From a virus: a stretch of 64,000 bases of DNA. Positions within the stretch are counted from its first letter, which is position 1, and every line of letters begins with the position of its first letter. The position numbers and the translations under genes are program-made. This document shows, in pieces, positions 46,722 to 57,000 of the stretch. The notes beneath the pieces are model-generated. The model was not told the origin of the DNA. It saw only the letters and a list, made by a program, of their open reading frames with translations, and searched no databases. The stretch covers positions 18,034 to 82,033 of IMG/VR virus record IMGVR_UViG_3300046534_001250. One strand, written 5' to 3'.

Positions 46722-49114
46722 TACGAGAACACTCCGGTGAAGCTGAACTGGGCTATGCCAGTAGCTGCGGGATTAATTGTCAAGAAGTTTGCGCCACCTA
46801 CACCAGCACCTACGTTGTAATCTTGAGTTACCAAGGTAAAACCCCTTGGGATTGGAAGAACGCCTGTTGTATCGACGCCTGTAAGATAAGCAGGGAGTTG
46901 CAATTGTAAACGCAACTTGTTGGACACAATCATTCTACCAGAGAAAGGATCTCTGCCATAGGCTTCAAACTTACTCTCTGATGGAACGATCACCTTGTAC
47001 CCACCAAGATTAGAAGATGAATCAAAAGGAGCTGGAACGGCTAAGGTTCTTCCAGTGAAGATAAGCTTGTTTCCAACAATACTATCTGGACGGAGAGGCG
47101 TCCAGGCCCCAGCCGTAAGAGGTTCGGTGATTGGATGGTTAACGTCAGTGCTCCACTCGTATAGGATTACGCCGACTCCATTCTTAGCAATCGGGTCCCA
47201 AGAGATAGCACCGGGAACAAACAGACGTGCTGTGCCGGTAGTAATTGTACTTGGGCCAAGGACATGGTAATCAACATGGAACTGAGTAAGGGGAGTAGCT
47301 CCTCCAGTCACTTCGCTGGCTCTTAAAATCGTAGCCGTGTATTGGACGCCAGCATTATCAGTCCAGATAATAGTTCCACCAACATACTTCTCGCTATAAG
47401 GAGTATGTACTCTGACCCAGCCATTACCGTAGGGAGCAACTGCGCTATCACTACTATCTGGTTCGACAGTTACGCCAACCGTACCAGTAAGGGGGTCATG
47501 TTTGAGAATCTGATACACCCAAACATCTCCAATTACAGTGCCCGTAGGGATGTTTCCAAGAGTCATCTCAGTGTCGCCAGCGTTATGAACAACAGATAGA
47601 ACCTCTACAAACAGATCATCGTTAGTAATAGGTGCATTAAAGAAACCACTAAACCTGCCACTGCTATTGCTTACTCCGCCAATCTCTGTCTGTCTGTTTC
47701 CAATGTAACCAGGACCAGAGAGTTTACGGATGTTTAATTCAACTCCAGCAACCGGGTTCTCAGCATAGTCGTAGCCAGTAGCAACTAAGCGAGCAGTATC
47801 GGTGCCGTAGTACACGGGGCCATAAAGGTTCCCGCCAATTAACTCCCTGTCGGTAGACAGTACAATACTACTAAGGTTCAAATCAGTAGGAGTAATCTGG
47901 ACAATCTGATTGGTATCCGCAAACACAGTAGGCTCTAATTTAAGCCAAGGGTATGAATTAGCCGAACGACTAATCGAGTTTGTAACTTCATACTCTACGC
48001 GAGGCACAGCAGTGTATCGGATATAGACCGTGCCTACAGCACTGGCGCCGTGTTGAAGATCCTCAATAGACACTCCAGCTATATGAACTGCCGCAGTACT
48101 GCCGTCATACCCTCTGGTCAAATCAATAAACCCAGTAGAGCTTTTACCGCCATAGAGAATTATTTCAGTACCAAGAGTAATGATGCCTGTAGGCGGATAA
48201 CTAGCCAGGGCTTCGTCGACATATACAGTTAGTTCCGTAGCAACGTCACTTATCGCGGCCTTAAGAACTAAGTCTGGCGCACTGTACCCACCAGTTTGAA
48301 TGACCCCAAGGTCATTGTTCAAAGAGCAATGAGCTTCAACGGCTTCGCTAGTATTAAGATTTGTTTCCAAACTAAGGTCAGACCATACTCCAGCGTTAGT
48401 CTTTCTCTTGACGGCAACAGTAGCTGGGTCTACGGGGAAGAATTCTAAGAATATGTTCTGCCCACTAGTATGGACTACGTGCTCTTCCCACTCAGCCTCC
48501 ACCGTAGCCGTGTCGGTCGTATTGTATCCAACGACCTGAACTGCAGTTGGGTCAATAAGCAGGTCGCTAGCATCAATCATCATCTGGGGTACGTAGCTGG
48601 TGCTCCAAGCACCGACATGATCAACTTCAAGGTAAGTAAACTTCTCGGCTTCTGAAGTTCTCTTAAAGATTTTAGCAGTAACAGAATCGTGCCTAACGTT
48701 AGAAACTAAATGCACAGAGAATCTAACACCGCTCAATGTCGCAACTACAACCCTAGTTGTAACAGCCCAGTCAGAATACAAAGCTCGTTCATCCCAGTGG
48801 GCAGAAAAGGTACCAGTCCGATAAACCGGTACACTGTCTAGGAGTTTGACAACGTTCTTGTTGTTCCATCCAAGCAAGTCAATACCTGAAGTTACGCCGC
48901 TAACCCAATCAGTCTTCTGGGTACCATCAAGTAGTCCAGATATATGTCCACCAAGAAATTCAAGATAAGCTGTGTTCTCAACCACGTTGCTAGACAAGCG
49001 TTTGAAGTCATACCTAAAACCAGTGCCTCCAGCTTCAACCCCTATTAAGGTTTGAGTCTTACTGGACCTAGTCACTTCAGTAGATAAAGGTATTGTAGTA
49101 CTTCCGTATGCCAT
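46721..49114 (-). CDS. Tail/baseplate structural protein
   Basis: TAATG start at 49114; GIITLGTEIILY..LTRGYDGSTAAVH motif typical of phage tail proteins; Ig-like segment. Confidence 0.65.
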   Translation of the reverse strand: MAYGSTTIPLSTEVTRSSKTQTLIGVEAGGTGFRYDFKRLSSNVVENTAYLEFLGGHISGLLDGTQKTDWVSGVTSGIDLLGWNNKNVVKLLDSVPVYRTGTFSAHWDERALYSDWAVTTRVVVATLSGVRFSVHLVSNVRHDSVTAKIFKRTSEAEKFTYLEVDHVGAWSTSYVPQMMIDASDLLIDPTAVQVVGYNTTDTATVEAEWEEHVVHTSGQNIFLEFFPVDPATVAVKRKTNAGVWSDLSLETNLNTSEAVEAHCSLNNDLGVIQTGGYSAPDLVLKAAISDVATELTVYVDEALASYPPTGIITLGTEIILYGGKSSTGFIDLTRGYDGSTAAVHIAGVSIEDLQHGASAVGTVYIRYTAVPRVEYEVTNSISRSANSYPWLKLEPTVFADTNQIVQITPTDLNLSSIVLSTDRELIGGNLYGPVYYGTDTARLVATGYDYAENPVAGVELNIRKLSGPGYIGNRQTEIGGVSNSSGRFSGFFNAPITNDDLFVEVLSVVHNAGDTEMTLGNIPTGTVIGDVWVYQILKHDPLTGTVGVTVEPDSSDSAVAPYGNGWVRVHTPYSEKYVGGTIIWTDNAGVQYTATILRASEVTGGATPLTQFHVDYHVLGPSTITTGTARLFVPGAISWDPIAKNGVGVILYEWSTDVNHPITEPLTAGAWTPLRPDSIVGNKLIFTGRTLAVPAPFDSSSNLGGYKVIVPSESKFEAYGRDPFSGRMIVSNKLRLQLQLPAYLTGVDTTGVLPIPRGFTLVTQDYNVGAGVGGANFLTINPAATGIAQFSFTGVFS

Positions 49115-49989
49115 TATTTGCCCCACTGGAGAGGATGCGCTGTATACAAAGCATCCATTATCTCAGTTCCTTCAGAGTTAAGTCTCAATGGGCGATAGAC
49201 ACCATCGGTATCGAGCATCAAGTCCTTATGGATATAATCAATATCATCATCATTGCAAGGGTAAGCTCTCACTAGTTGCCAATTAACAGCATGGGGGAAC
49301 TCGGCGTACACGTAAGATATTACACCTCGCTGATGAAGATGCGTGATTAAAACACCTTGGTCATTATCTAGATGCCAATCACCATCTACTGCAACAGCTC
49401 CTGAGGTTGCCTGTTCTGTAACAAACACGCCAGTACTTTCAGGCCAAAACCCTTGGATGTTTTCGTGGCCAAGATAATTGCTATGGCTCTGCGGCAGCAA
49501 CTGCCTGTTGACATGCTTCCGGTTGCTTCCGTAACGCAGGTTCTTAGAGTGCTTAGCCCCATTAGAACCGATCGCAGTACAAGAGAAGAACGAACTCGCA
49601 TCAAGAAGAGGGATGATATCGGATATAAACTTATTACCTGTTAACCGTAGCTCCAACTCGACATCAATAGTTCCAGCAACATAGTCAGAATACAAACGAA
49701 TGAAGGCAGAGGTTACAACCACTGCCGGATTATTCGCTATAACGTTGCCGTTCACGTCTCGAAGAACATCAATGGTAAAGACCGGAACCTCAAAGGCTCC
49801 AACCTTTCTATTTACAGAGCGAACAAAATCATCTTCGGAAGGACCACTTGGATCTCTGACTTCAAGTAAGATTCTCCGCCGAAAGTCAGAAAGACTCTCA
49901 TCATGCAGGCGAACAACACTCGCTCTAAGCCCCGCGTCATCAAGACCAGTAGGAACGTTAACGCTATTAACCGTGGTGTAAACACTCAT
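49114..49989 (-). CDS. Baseplate wedge-like protein
   Basis: LDDAGL..VVRLHDESLSDFRRRIL, matching the R..GEsD..yR.Ri-type wedge motif. Confidence 0.62.
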   Translation of the reverse strand: MSVYTTVNSVNVPTGLDDAGLRASVVRLHDESLSDFRRRILLEVRDPSGPSEDDFVRSVNRKVGAFEVPVFTIDVLRDVNGNVIANNPAVVVTSAFIRLYSDYVAGTIDVELELRLTGNKFISDIIPLLDASSFFSCTAIGSNGAKHSKNLRYGSNRKHVNRQLLPQSHSNYLGHENIQGFWPESTGVFVTEQATSGAVAVDGDWHLDNDQGVLITHLHQRGVISYVYAEFPHAVNWQLVRAYPCNDDDIDYIHKDLMLDTDGVYRPLRLNSEGTEIMDALYTAHPLQWGK

Positions 49990-51575
49990 TAGTAAGTGAC
50001 CTCCATCTGAGTGTAAGGAGTGACAGCAATCAGGCGCTGGTTGACAGAGTCTGCTATGTACCCATCAATGAACTGATCGTAAGTAGTAAACGTTGAACCG
50101 TTAAGAACAGCTAAGCGATTGTTATGATCGACGTGGACAGCCGTGCAACTCGTTGCTCCCAAATCTACTTCGCTCTCTGGAGAAAGCGCTGCCACCTGAA
50201 TGGCAGTGACATAAGTAGTATCGCCGTTTTTGTTTGTAGTAGTAATCGCATACTCCCACTGCCCTGCTTCGTCGTACGTAACATCAAAGTTAAAGTCGTT
50301 CCAGCTAACTTCAGGAACCGGAGAGTCAGGCCCAACAAAAGTATAAGTCGCTCCCCAAGAAGTTTTATCAGCCTGTAGGAATGATTCAACCCCTGCTGGA
50401 GTTCTCCTTTTAATGGTCACTCCAGCAATTGCGTGTCGCAGGCGAGCATGGTAGGTCCATAACTTTTGACTAACACCAAGAGGCGAGTAGTGATTCTCTG
50501 GATGCAGCTCAATGTAGCTTTCCTTAGTCTCTAGACCTACAGTGCATGGTCCGAACCCAGGAAGGGCGGGTTCATACACAAGCAGGAAACCAGCACTATT
50601 TATAACGTAAAGCTTACCATTGTAGGGGTTAGCATATTGAGCAACAGTAACAAAACTATTACCAGCACCGTCTACGAGTAACAACTCCGCTTCATCTAAA
50701 TCGTTGTCAATAGCAGTGATACCGGTCTTGCGATAGAGTCTTCCTAGTTTCAGGTCTGGAGTCTGATAGACAACATGTGCATAGGGGCTGCCACTATAAG
50801 TACGATTGCTAATAACGTACCTTAGAGGACCTTCGTTACCAGCGCCCACTAGGGCCCTCAAGGAGTCCTCTACGTAATCTATATCAGCAGTCAAAGGGTA
50901 AGCCAGAACCTTCACAGCGCCATCGAAGCCTTCGTAAACAACATTGGTGAGAGACTTGAATATGTTCCTCGTCCAATACGTTCCATCATCTGGGATGTAA
51001 ACGCTTTCTACAAATTCAATATCGTTTTGGTCTGTGCCAGTAAGTACAACGCGAGACATACCACTCTTGTCGAGGTGTCTACGACTAGTACGATTGTAGA
51101 AGTTGACGCTAGGCCCCACTTTGATGACCAGTCTTCCGTCACTAGCTAGGGTCTCATAAGTCTCAATAACTGAAGAGTCCCAAACAACAGAGTCGCCAGC
51201 CGATATGGAGGTAGCGACTACGAAACGGTCGGGACTTGAGCTAAGCAAGTCAGACATGGTCTCATATCGAACCAAAGTATTTACGCCCGAATGTGTACCG
51301 GTTACAGTTGTAGGGTAAACATAATAGCGCGCAGTGTTATCTGCCGTTAATACAATCTCATCTACCGGAAGCAGATCGACAGTATACGCGGTACCATAAC
51401 CAATACCAGGCTTTAGAAGGTGTCTATCCTCAAGTAGCTTGCGAGAAGATATACCAGTCTCATCCAGCCCTTCACCCAATACGCTAAAAAGACGATGACC
51501 CATAGAGCTAGGGTCACGCCGTATCTTAGTCCAGTGTGGATAGTTGTTAGCTAATCTCTGTGCGCTAAAAGACAT
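49989..51575 (-). CDS. Baseplate protein
   Basis: LANNYPHW..DPSSMGHRL N-terminus; follows baseplate J. Confidence 0.6.
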   Translation of the reverse strand: MSFSAQRLANNYPHWTKIRRDPSSMGHRLFSVLGEGLDETGISSRKLLEDRHLLKPGIGYGTAYTVDLLPVDEIVLTADNTARYYVYPTTVTGTHSGVNTLVRYETMSDLLSSSPDRFVVATSISAGDSVVWDSSVIETYETLASDGRLVIKVGPSVNFYNRTSRRHLDKSGMSRVVLTGTDQNDIEFVESVYIPDDGTYWTRNIFKSLTNVVYEGFDGAVKVLAYPLTADIDYVEDSLRALVGAGNEGPLRYVISNRTYSGSPYAHVVYQTPDLKLGRLYRKTGITAIDNDLDEAELLLVDGAGNSFVTVAQYANPYNGKLYVINSAGFLLVYEPALPGFGPCTVGLETKESYIELHPENHYSPLGVSQKLWTYHARLRHAIAGVTIKRRTPAGVESFLQADKTSWGATYTFVGPDSPVPEVSWNDFNFDVTYDEAGQWEYAITTTNKNGDTTYVTAIQVAALSPESEVDLGATSCTAVHVDHNNRLAVLNGSTFTTYDQFIDGYIADSVNQRLIAVTPYTQMEVTY

Positions 51576-52798
51576 TATGCATACTCAAAAGATAGTGTGC
51601 CACGTTCTGCGAATTCAATTTCATCGAGTGGGTAGATCTTGCCGATCACTTTAACTCGATCCGAAGAGGAAGAAGAAGCAAATCCTTTTCGCACATAAAC
51701 GTTCTTAAATATTTCTAAGCTATCACGCCGAAGGCTAACACTAGTACCACCAGCGATACGAATGCTATTGGAAAGCTCAAGCAAGTTTACCACACCGCCA
51801 ATCCTAAGTCCTCGAAAGTAGTTATCAACACCTCTGCGAACTCCCAACTCAAACTGTCGTGCCTGCGCGGTGTTTAGCCCAGTCCCATCAGGAACTCTTA
51901 GCGACAGATCAAACTTCGTAGAAACAGCAGCGCTGGCAATCGCATTCTGACCAGGGCCATAAATACTATCAAGACGCTCCTGGACGCTACGAAGTAGGTT
52001 TTGATTCACTTGGTAATCACTGCCAAGAACAACCACTCCTACAGTACCAATACCGTAGAGTCCAGCTATGACTCTGGTATCAATAACACCAGGTACAGCA
52101 ATAGCAGTCAGTTGAGTCTTGGTAGCATTCGAGCTAATAAGGCGATCGTAATGTCTCCCGAGCCTATACTTATACTGTGCATCTAGCTCTTCGTTTCGAC
52201 CGTTAAGGACATTGAAGAAATTGATAACCTTAAGGGTATCGTTGCCACTATCTGTGTAGCCAGTAAAGCTGTGGCTCTTGATGACAGCAGGGCCAATATT
52301 AGACCTAGTACCACTTGCCTTAGCAATCACTGCAACATAAGCCGAAGAGCTTGCAGCCCTAAGAGTGACAGCAGACGTAGTAACAAAGGTAATCGTCGAG
52401 CCTAATTCATTTTCATCAGGAGCTGAGAAGACCGGGCTTCCAGCAGGAATCGGAATATCAGCCCCTCCGTTAATGCCACCAAAGGTGCCAGAGTTCACAT
52501 AGAAGCTGAAGCTTTGTTCAGAGGTCGTAACCTTGGCAAAGGCCGCAGAGTATCGTGGGATACCCAAGTCTTGACCAATGATATCCAACTGGCCACCGAC
52601 AGCAGTCGGGATACTACCTGCTATATGGGCGGAGATACTTTCGTTATGCTGAGACAACAGCTTGTCGGTAAAGGTGTCAACAATTGCCCGAGACTTAGAG
52701 TCTGGGCCAATATAGTTAATAGCAGTACGGCTCTGCAACGCAGAGGTGAAACCCTTCGCTACAGTTACTATGTTCTTTCTTTCGGGAACGATTGGCAT
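51575..52798 (-). CDS. Baseplate J-like wedge protein
   Basis: AVGGQLDIIG..GIPR, IPAGS, GRNEELDAQYKYR, VPGV, GTVGVVV. Confidence 0.85.
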   Translation of the reverse strand: MPIVPERKNIVTVAKGFTSALQSRTAINYIGPDSKSRAIVDTFTDKLLSQHNESISAHIAGSIPTAVGGQLDIIGQDLGIPRYSAAFAKVTTSEQSFSFYVNSGTFGGINGGADIPIPAGSPVFSAPDENELGSTITFVTTSAVTLRAASSSAYVAVIAKASGTRSNIGPAVIKSHSFTGYTDSGNDTLKVINFFNVLNGRNEELDAQYKYRLGRHYDRLISSNATKTQLTAIAVPGVIDTRVIAGLYGIGTVGVVVLGSDYQVNQNLLRSVQERLDSIYGPGQNAIASAAVSTKFDLSLRVPDGTGLNTAQARQFELGVRRGVDNYFRGLRIGGVVNLLELSNSIRIAGGTSVSLRRDSLEIFKNVYVRKGFASSSSSDRVKVIGKIYPLDEIEFAERGTLSFEYA

Positions 52799-53232
52799 TA
52801 GAAATTCCTTGCTACTAGTTTATTGTCTCTAGCGTCGTAGGTGAATGATAGGAACACTTCTTCAATCTGTCCCATAGGTCTGATTTGTAAGATGATAGCA
52901 ATCTGTCTCTTGCTGACAGGGAAGATTTCTATTGCAACTTCATTTGGCTTTAAAAACCCGTCAACCATTAGCTCATTACTAAGCATAGATTTGATCTCTT
53001 CTGCGGTCTCAGCAGTATTTGGCCTGCCAGCAAACCCAGCAATTTGTGCACCAATCTGAGGCTGACTACGCCAGTCTCCCTTGGAAGCTCTAATCCTAGT
53101 CATGACTCTTTGGATAAGACAACGTAGTTTAATTTTTCTAGTATCTAGAAGGTCGTTGACATCAGGGTCAAGGAAGTAATCTCCAGCGCTTGTAAAATAA
53201 AGGTCTATGTCTCTGCTGAATCGGTTAGTCAT
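52798..53232 (-). CDS. gp25-like baseplate wedge/sheath initiator
   Basis: RIRASKGDWRSQPQIGA; size and position next to baseplate J. Confidence 0.75.
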   Translation of the reverse strand: MTNRFSRDIDLYFTSAGDYFLDPDVNDLLDTRKIKLRCLIQRVMTRIRASKGDWRSQPQIGAQIAGFAGRPNTAETAEEIKSMLSNELMVDGFLKPNEVAIEIFPVSKRQIAIILQIRPMGQIEEVFLSFTYDARDNKLVARNF

Positions 53233-53597
53233 TATCCACCCACAAAAACGCTAGCGATCATAGCCGCTTGCTTTAACTCTTTAAGTATCCCCGCAAAAGG
53301 AACAGCCAAGGTATGGTGTGCGATCGGGGTAACAACAGTAGATGGGATAAGAGACATAGGAAAGCTTTGCGTCTTTAACATAGCTCCGTAACGAAAGCTG
53401 TCAGGAAAACCCTGGACATTGACCTTGCCACCTGGACCAGCAGCAATAGTAACAACTCTGTCCTTTACTGATACAAAGCTTTTGTCCGAGACACCAATTC
53501 TTACTTCGTCTGGACCTTCGAGCAGAGTAATATGTGGGCTGACGTTGTCGTCATCAGCCCAGTAGTTGAGCTTAAAAGTTTTTGTCCTTCGTTCCAT
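53232..53597 (-). CDS. Baseplate/spike-region protein
   Basis: Coupled ORF between the hub and gp25-like genes. Confidence 0.5.
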   Translation of the reverse strand: MERRTKTFKLNYWADDDNVSPHITLLEGPDEVRIGVSDKSFVSVKDRVVTIAAGPGGKVNVQGFPDSFRYGAMLKTQSFPMSLIPSTVVTPIAHHTLAVPFAGILKELKQAAMIASVFVGG

Positions 53598-54025
53598 TAC
53601 AATAGGTCTCCTATGTCTGCCGTCTGGATAGACTTCTTCAGCGACATCCTACGCGAATCAGGTCTACCAAACAATCGTAACATTCCAAATTGGACAGACG
53701 CACCAGTAAAATAAATTTTTACCTTGCGGCCAATAAGCTGTGCACTATTCTGAGACAGGACTTCCTCGTCACTGTACTCAAACCAATAATACCCTATCAT
53801 ATCACTTGCTAACAATCGAACCTTGGCCCATACAAGGCCAGGTTCTTCTAACATACGATTCTGAACCCACGTAGGAAGACCGTTTTTGAGTTTAGAATCA
53901 GGATCATAAACTTCAATTAGAACGCCCAGAGCAGACTTAAGCCCCCACGCATCACCACGCTTGGCTTCACGTTGTAGCTCGTGAAGCCTCATCTGAAGTG
54001 CGTTGCCTGGGATAGTTGCTGGCAT
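53597..54025 (-). CDS. Baseplate spike-region protein (possible OB fold)
   Basis: AGGAGAG RBS; WAKVRL..IGRKVKIYF. Confidence 0.5.
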   Translation of the reverse strand: MPATIPGNALQMRLHELQREAKRGDAWGLKSALGVLIEVYDPDSKLKNGLPTWVQNRMLEEPGLVWAKVRLLASDMIGYYWFEYSDEEVLSQNSAQLIGRKVKIYFTGASVQFGMLRLFGRPDSRRMSLKKSIQTADIGDLL

Positions 54026-54038
54026 AATACTCTCCTAT

Positions 54039-57000
54039 CTAGTTACGTGGACCGTTGGCTTCATCCCAGGTACGACGAGAGAGGATGCCCTCGTTGACTA
54101 GTCTGTTCTCTGCTGGAATGCGCTTCCAGGCATTAATACCATAGAGGCGCCACAAGTCTAACATATCTCTAGACCCTGTCATAAGGTCATCAGACCAGTT
54201 TCCTAGATTGCCTTTAAAGTTGCTCCAGATCGAAGAAGGATCATGAGTGTTAATACCGCTGACAATCGGATGCCCGTTCTTCATAAGTGGAATAACCATG
54301 ACAGTATCCCCACGTAGCGCGTTGAGCATAAAGAGCGGACCACCAAGCAACCAGATAAGATGAGGAGGATCGAGCTGATTAAGAGCACCAATAGTACCAG
54401 CGCCCATAGCGAAAACCGTTCCGCCAGCACCAATGGCACCAGCAGCTCTCAATAATACCGATGGGGTACCCAAACCAGGAAGCACCCATCCACCAGCCTT
54501 GTAGGCTATGGCGCCAGTTGCTAGCACAGCTGTACCAGCAACAAGCGTAGCAGCAACCTTAGCAGCACCTACAATAGGACTTATAACCGGGTCTATAGCG
54601 TCAGCAATACCTTCAGTATTGGGTGGTTCACCACCAAATATATCCTCAGATACAGAGAAGTCGCCTCCGAATAGTTTCGCAGATCTTCTAGACATCGCTA
54701 TCTGCCAGGCCGTCTGGGCATCTGCGTTATCTGCCGCACTACCTTGCTTGTTAGCGAATCCGAACATCCAGCTAAGAATGTTATTAGTACTACCTAAGTC
54801 GTCAGTACGAAGCCCAACAAATGACTCTTCAATGTCTGTCATTGCAAGGGAAGCAACCTTCATTGCTTCAAGTACAGGCCAACTACTAATCTCATTAGCG
54901 ATTACAACAGCGCTAGGCTTAATCTCGGTAATGTATCCAGTTTCAAAGCTAAAGCTATCAACTACTTGCTCGACCTCTACTGGCCCAACCATGTCATTGT
55001 AGCTATCCTGTAGGATACAAATATCCCATGGACGAATACGAGGATTGCCTAGTGTTATGATTTCCCCACGATACATTTCTCTCATGTTGTGCAGAAGCTG
55101 ACCCATACCGTATCGCATAGCCATTTGGTAGCCACGACAGTTTCTGTATGGAGGCATAGGCATAACCCGAGCCTTGTAGTCCGGGGTACTCCAATGAGCT
55201 TTGAACAACGCACTTCCAACCGCCTCGGCAGGCTGGTCAGTGTTCCTGCTACCCTCGTTAAAGTACGTAACATCCACTGCATTGTATACAGCGTTTTCAC
55301 TACTGATTAAACCATTCCAAACGATATCTCTACTACTAGTAAGTGTATGGTAACGCCTAAAGGGAACAAACCGCAGCTTGAGTCCACGAAGGTATTCATC
55401 CATAGCACGACCAGTCATTACTTGGTTAAGTGCCGCTTGAACCAGCTCATCAGCAGCATCAAAACTGCTAGACTCTCCAAGACTAGGATCAAAAGCTTCA
55501 GGACTTTCGCCAGTTCGCGCAAGCTCATCGGGATCAAAGAAGTAGGCAGCTGCGTCAACAGGATCAATACTATCAGTATTCATAAGATCTGTAGTGATCA
55601 AGTCACGAACCTCTGTAAGGCTGAGACCACTAGGGGTCTCGTCGCCATAAAGCTTACGGTACTCAGCTATATTAACCTCACCCTCAAGAGCGGCAGATAG
55701 GCTATTCATTCTGCGAACGAATTGATTATCAGCTCCCCGAGCCCAGTATCTCTGACTAGGCACACCAAAGAACATAGTGTATCGGAAATCCGTTCCATAA
55801 GGACGCGAACCGTATATCCATCCAGGATGGCGGAGACTACACTCGTGCAGAATATCCCAGATGGTACTTCCAACAATATTGTATTCCCAACTCTGTGGAG
55901 TAGCTTTCTTTTCTAAGAGATCCTCTGTTAAGAACTTAGCCGCAACAAGCCCAAAGTCCTTGCTAAGAAAAGCAGTCGACGCTCCGACGTATACAACGTT
56001 TTTAATGATGTCATTGTAAGTCTGCTTCCATGTTCCATCATCAAGGATCATATAATCCTTGGGGTGAGGTGGAAAAATATTATCATCTCGGGGACTAAGC
56101 ATAATGCTGCTTTGAACCGTACGGAAATACCTATGGGCTCTACCAGCAGTCTTGTCTAACACAGGGTCGATGAGGGTACTGAAAGCATCCAATATCAATC
56201 CGGCTCCGGCTCCGGCAGCTACGACTTTTGGGAAGTCCTTGATGAAAGCCATACCAAGAGTCTTGAAGGGTTTGCCAGTTATATTAGCTGCGATACCCTG
56301 GCTAAAAGTGCCATCAAGCACCCATTGGCCAGCATCGATCCTAGCCCTTGCCGCTGCATGGCTGCTAACCATTTGGTTTACTGCGTCATCGAGGCTTGCA
56401 CTACCCCTCTTGAAAAGCTTAAGCGCAGCCGCCTTCTCAGACCTAAAAAGTCTTTTGGCGAAATCTTTACCACCAATCTCAAGGGCAGTCCTCGCGGTAT
56501 GTTCAAGCGTTCCACGAAGTGCAGTCCTTGCAGCTGCTGACTGCAAGGCAGTAACACCTGCTGCTTCTGAAGCACCAGCTTTGACTAGCGCTTTCCGAAC
56601 CGCTCTGTGAGATAGCTTACCGACAACACCACGAGCAGCCAAACTGCCACCAATGCTACCACCTAAGAGGCCCTTCTTGCCTATCCATCCGATAAGCCTG
56701 CCGGCCCCAGGGAAACGACTAAGCAGCGCAAATCCACCCATAGCTAAGCCAAGAGTAATTAGCTTATGATTAAGAAGCCATCCCATAGCGCCTTTTGAGT
56801 ATCTGAATTTGCCCATCCAACCATCTTTACTATAGTCGTAAAAATCAAGAGTTAGGTCCTGGCCTACTCCCACCTGATCAAGTCTGCCAAATTCCCAACG
56901 ACCAAAATGAGCAAGCTCTGGCTCAAGCATCATTGTGCCAATGAGCTGATGAGTGGTAGCAAATGTTGCTGGCGTCGACGAAGCATTGGTACCCTTGATA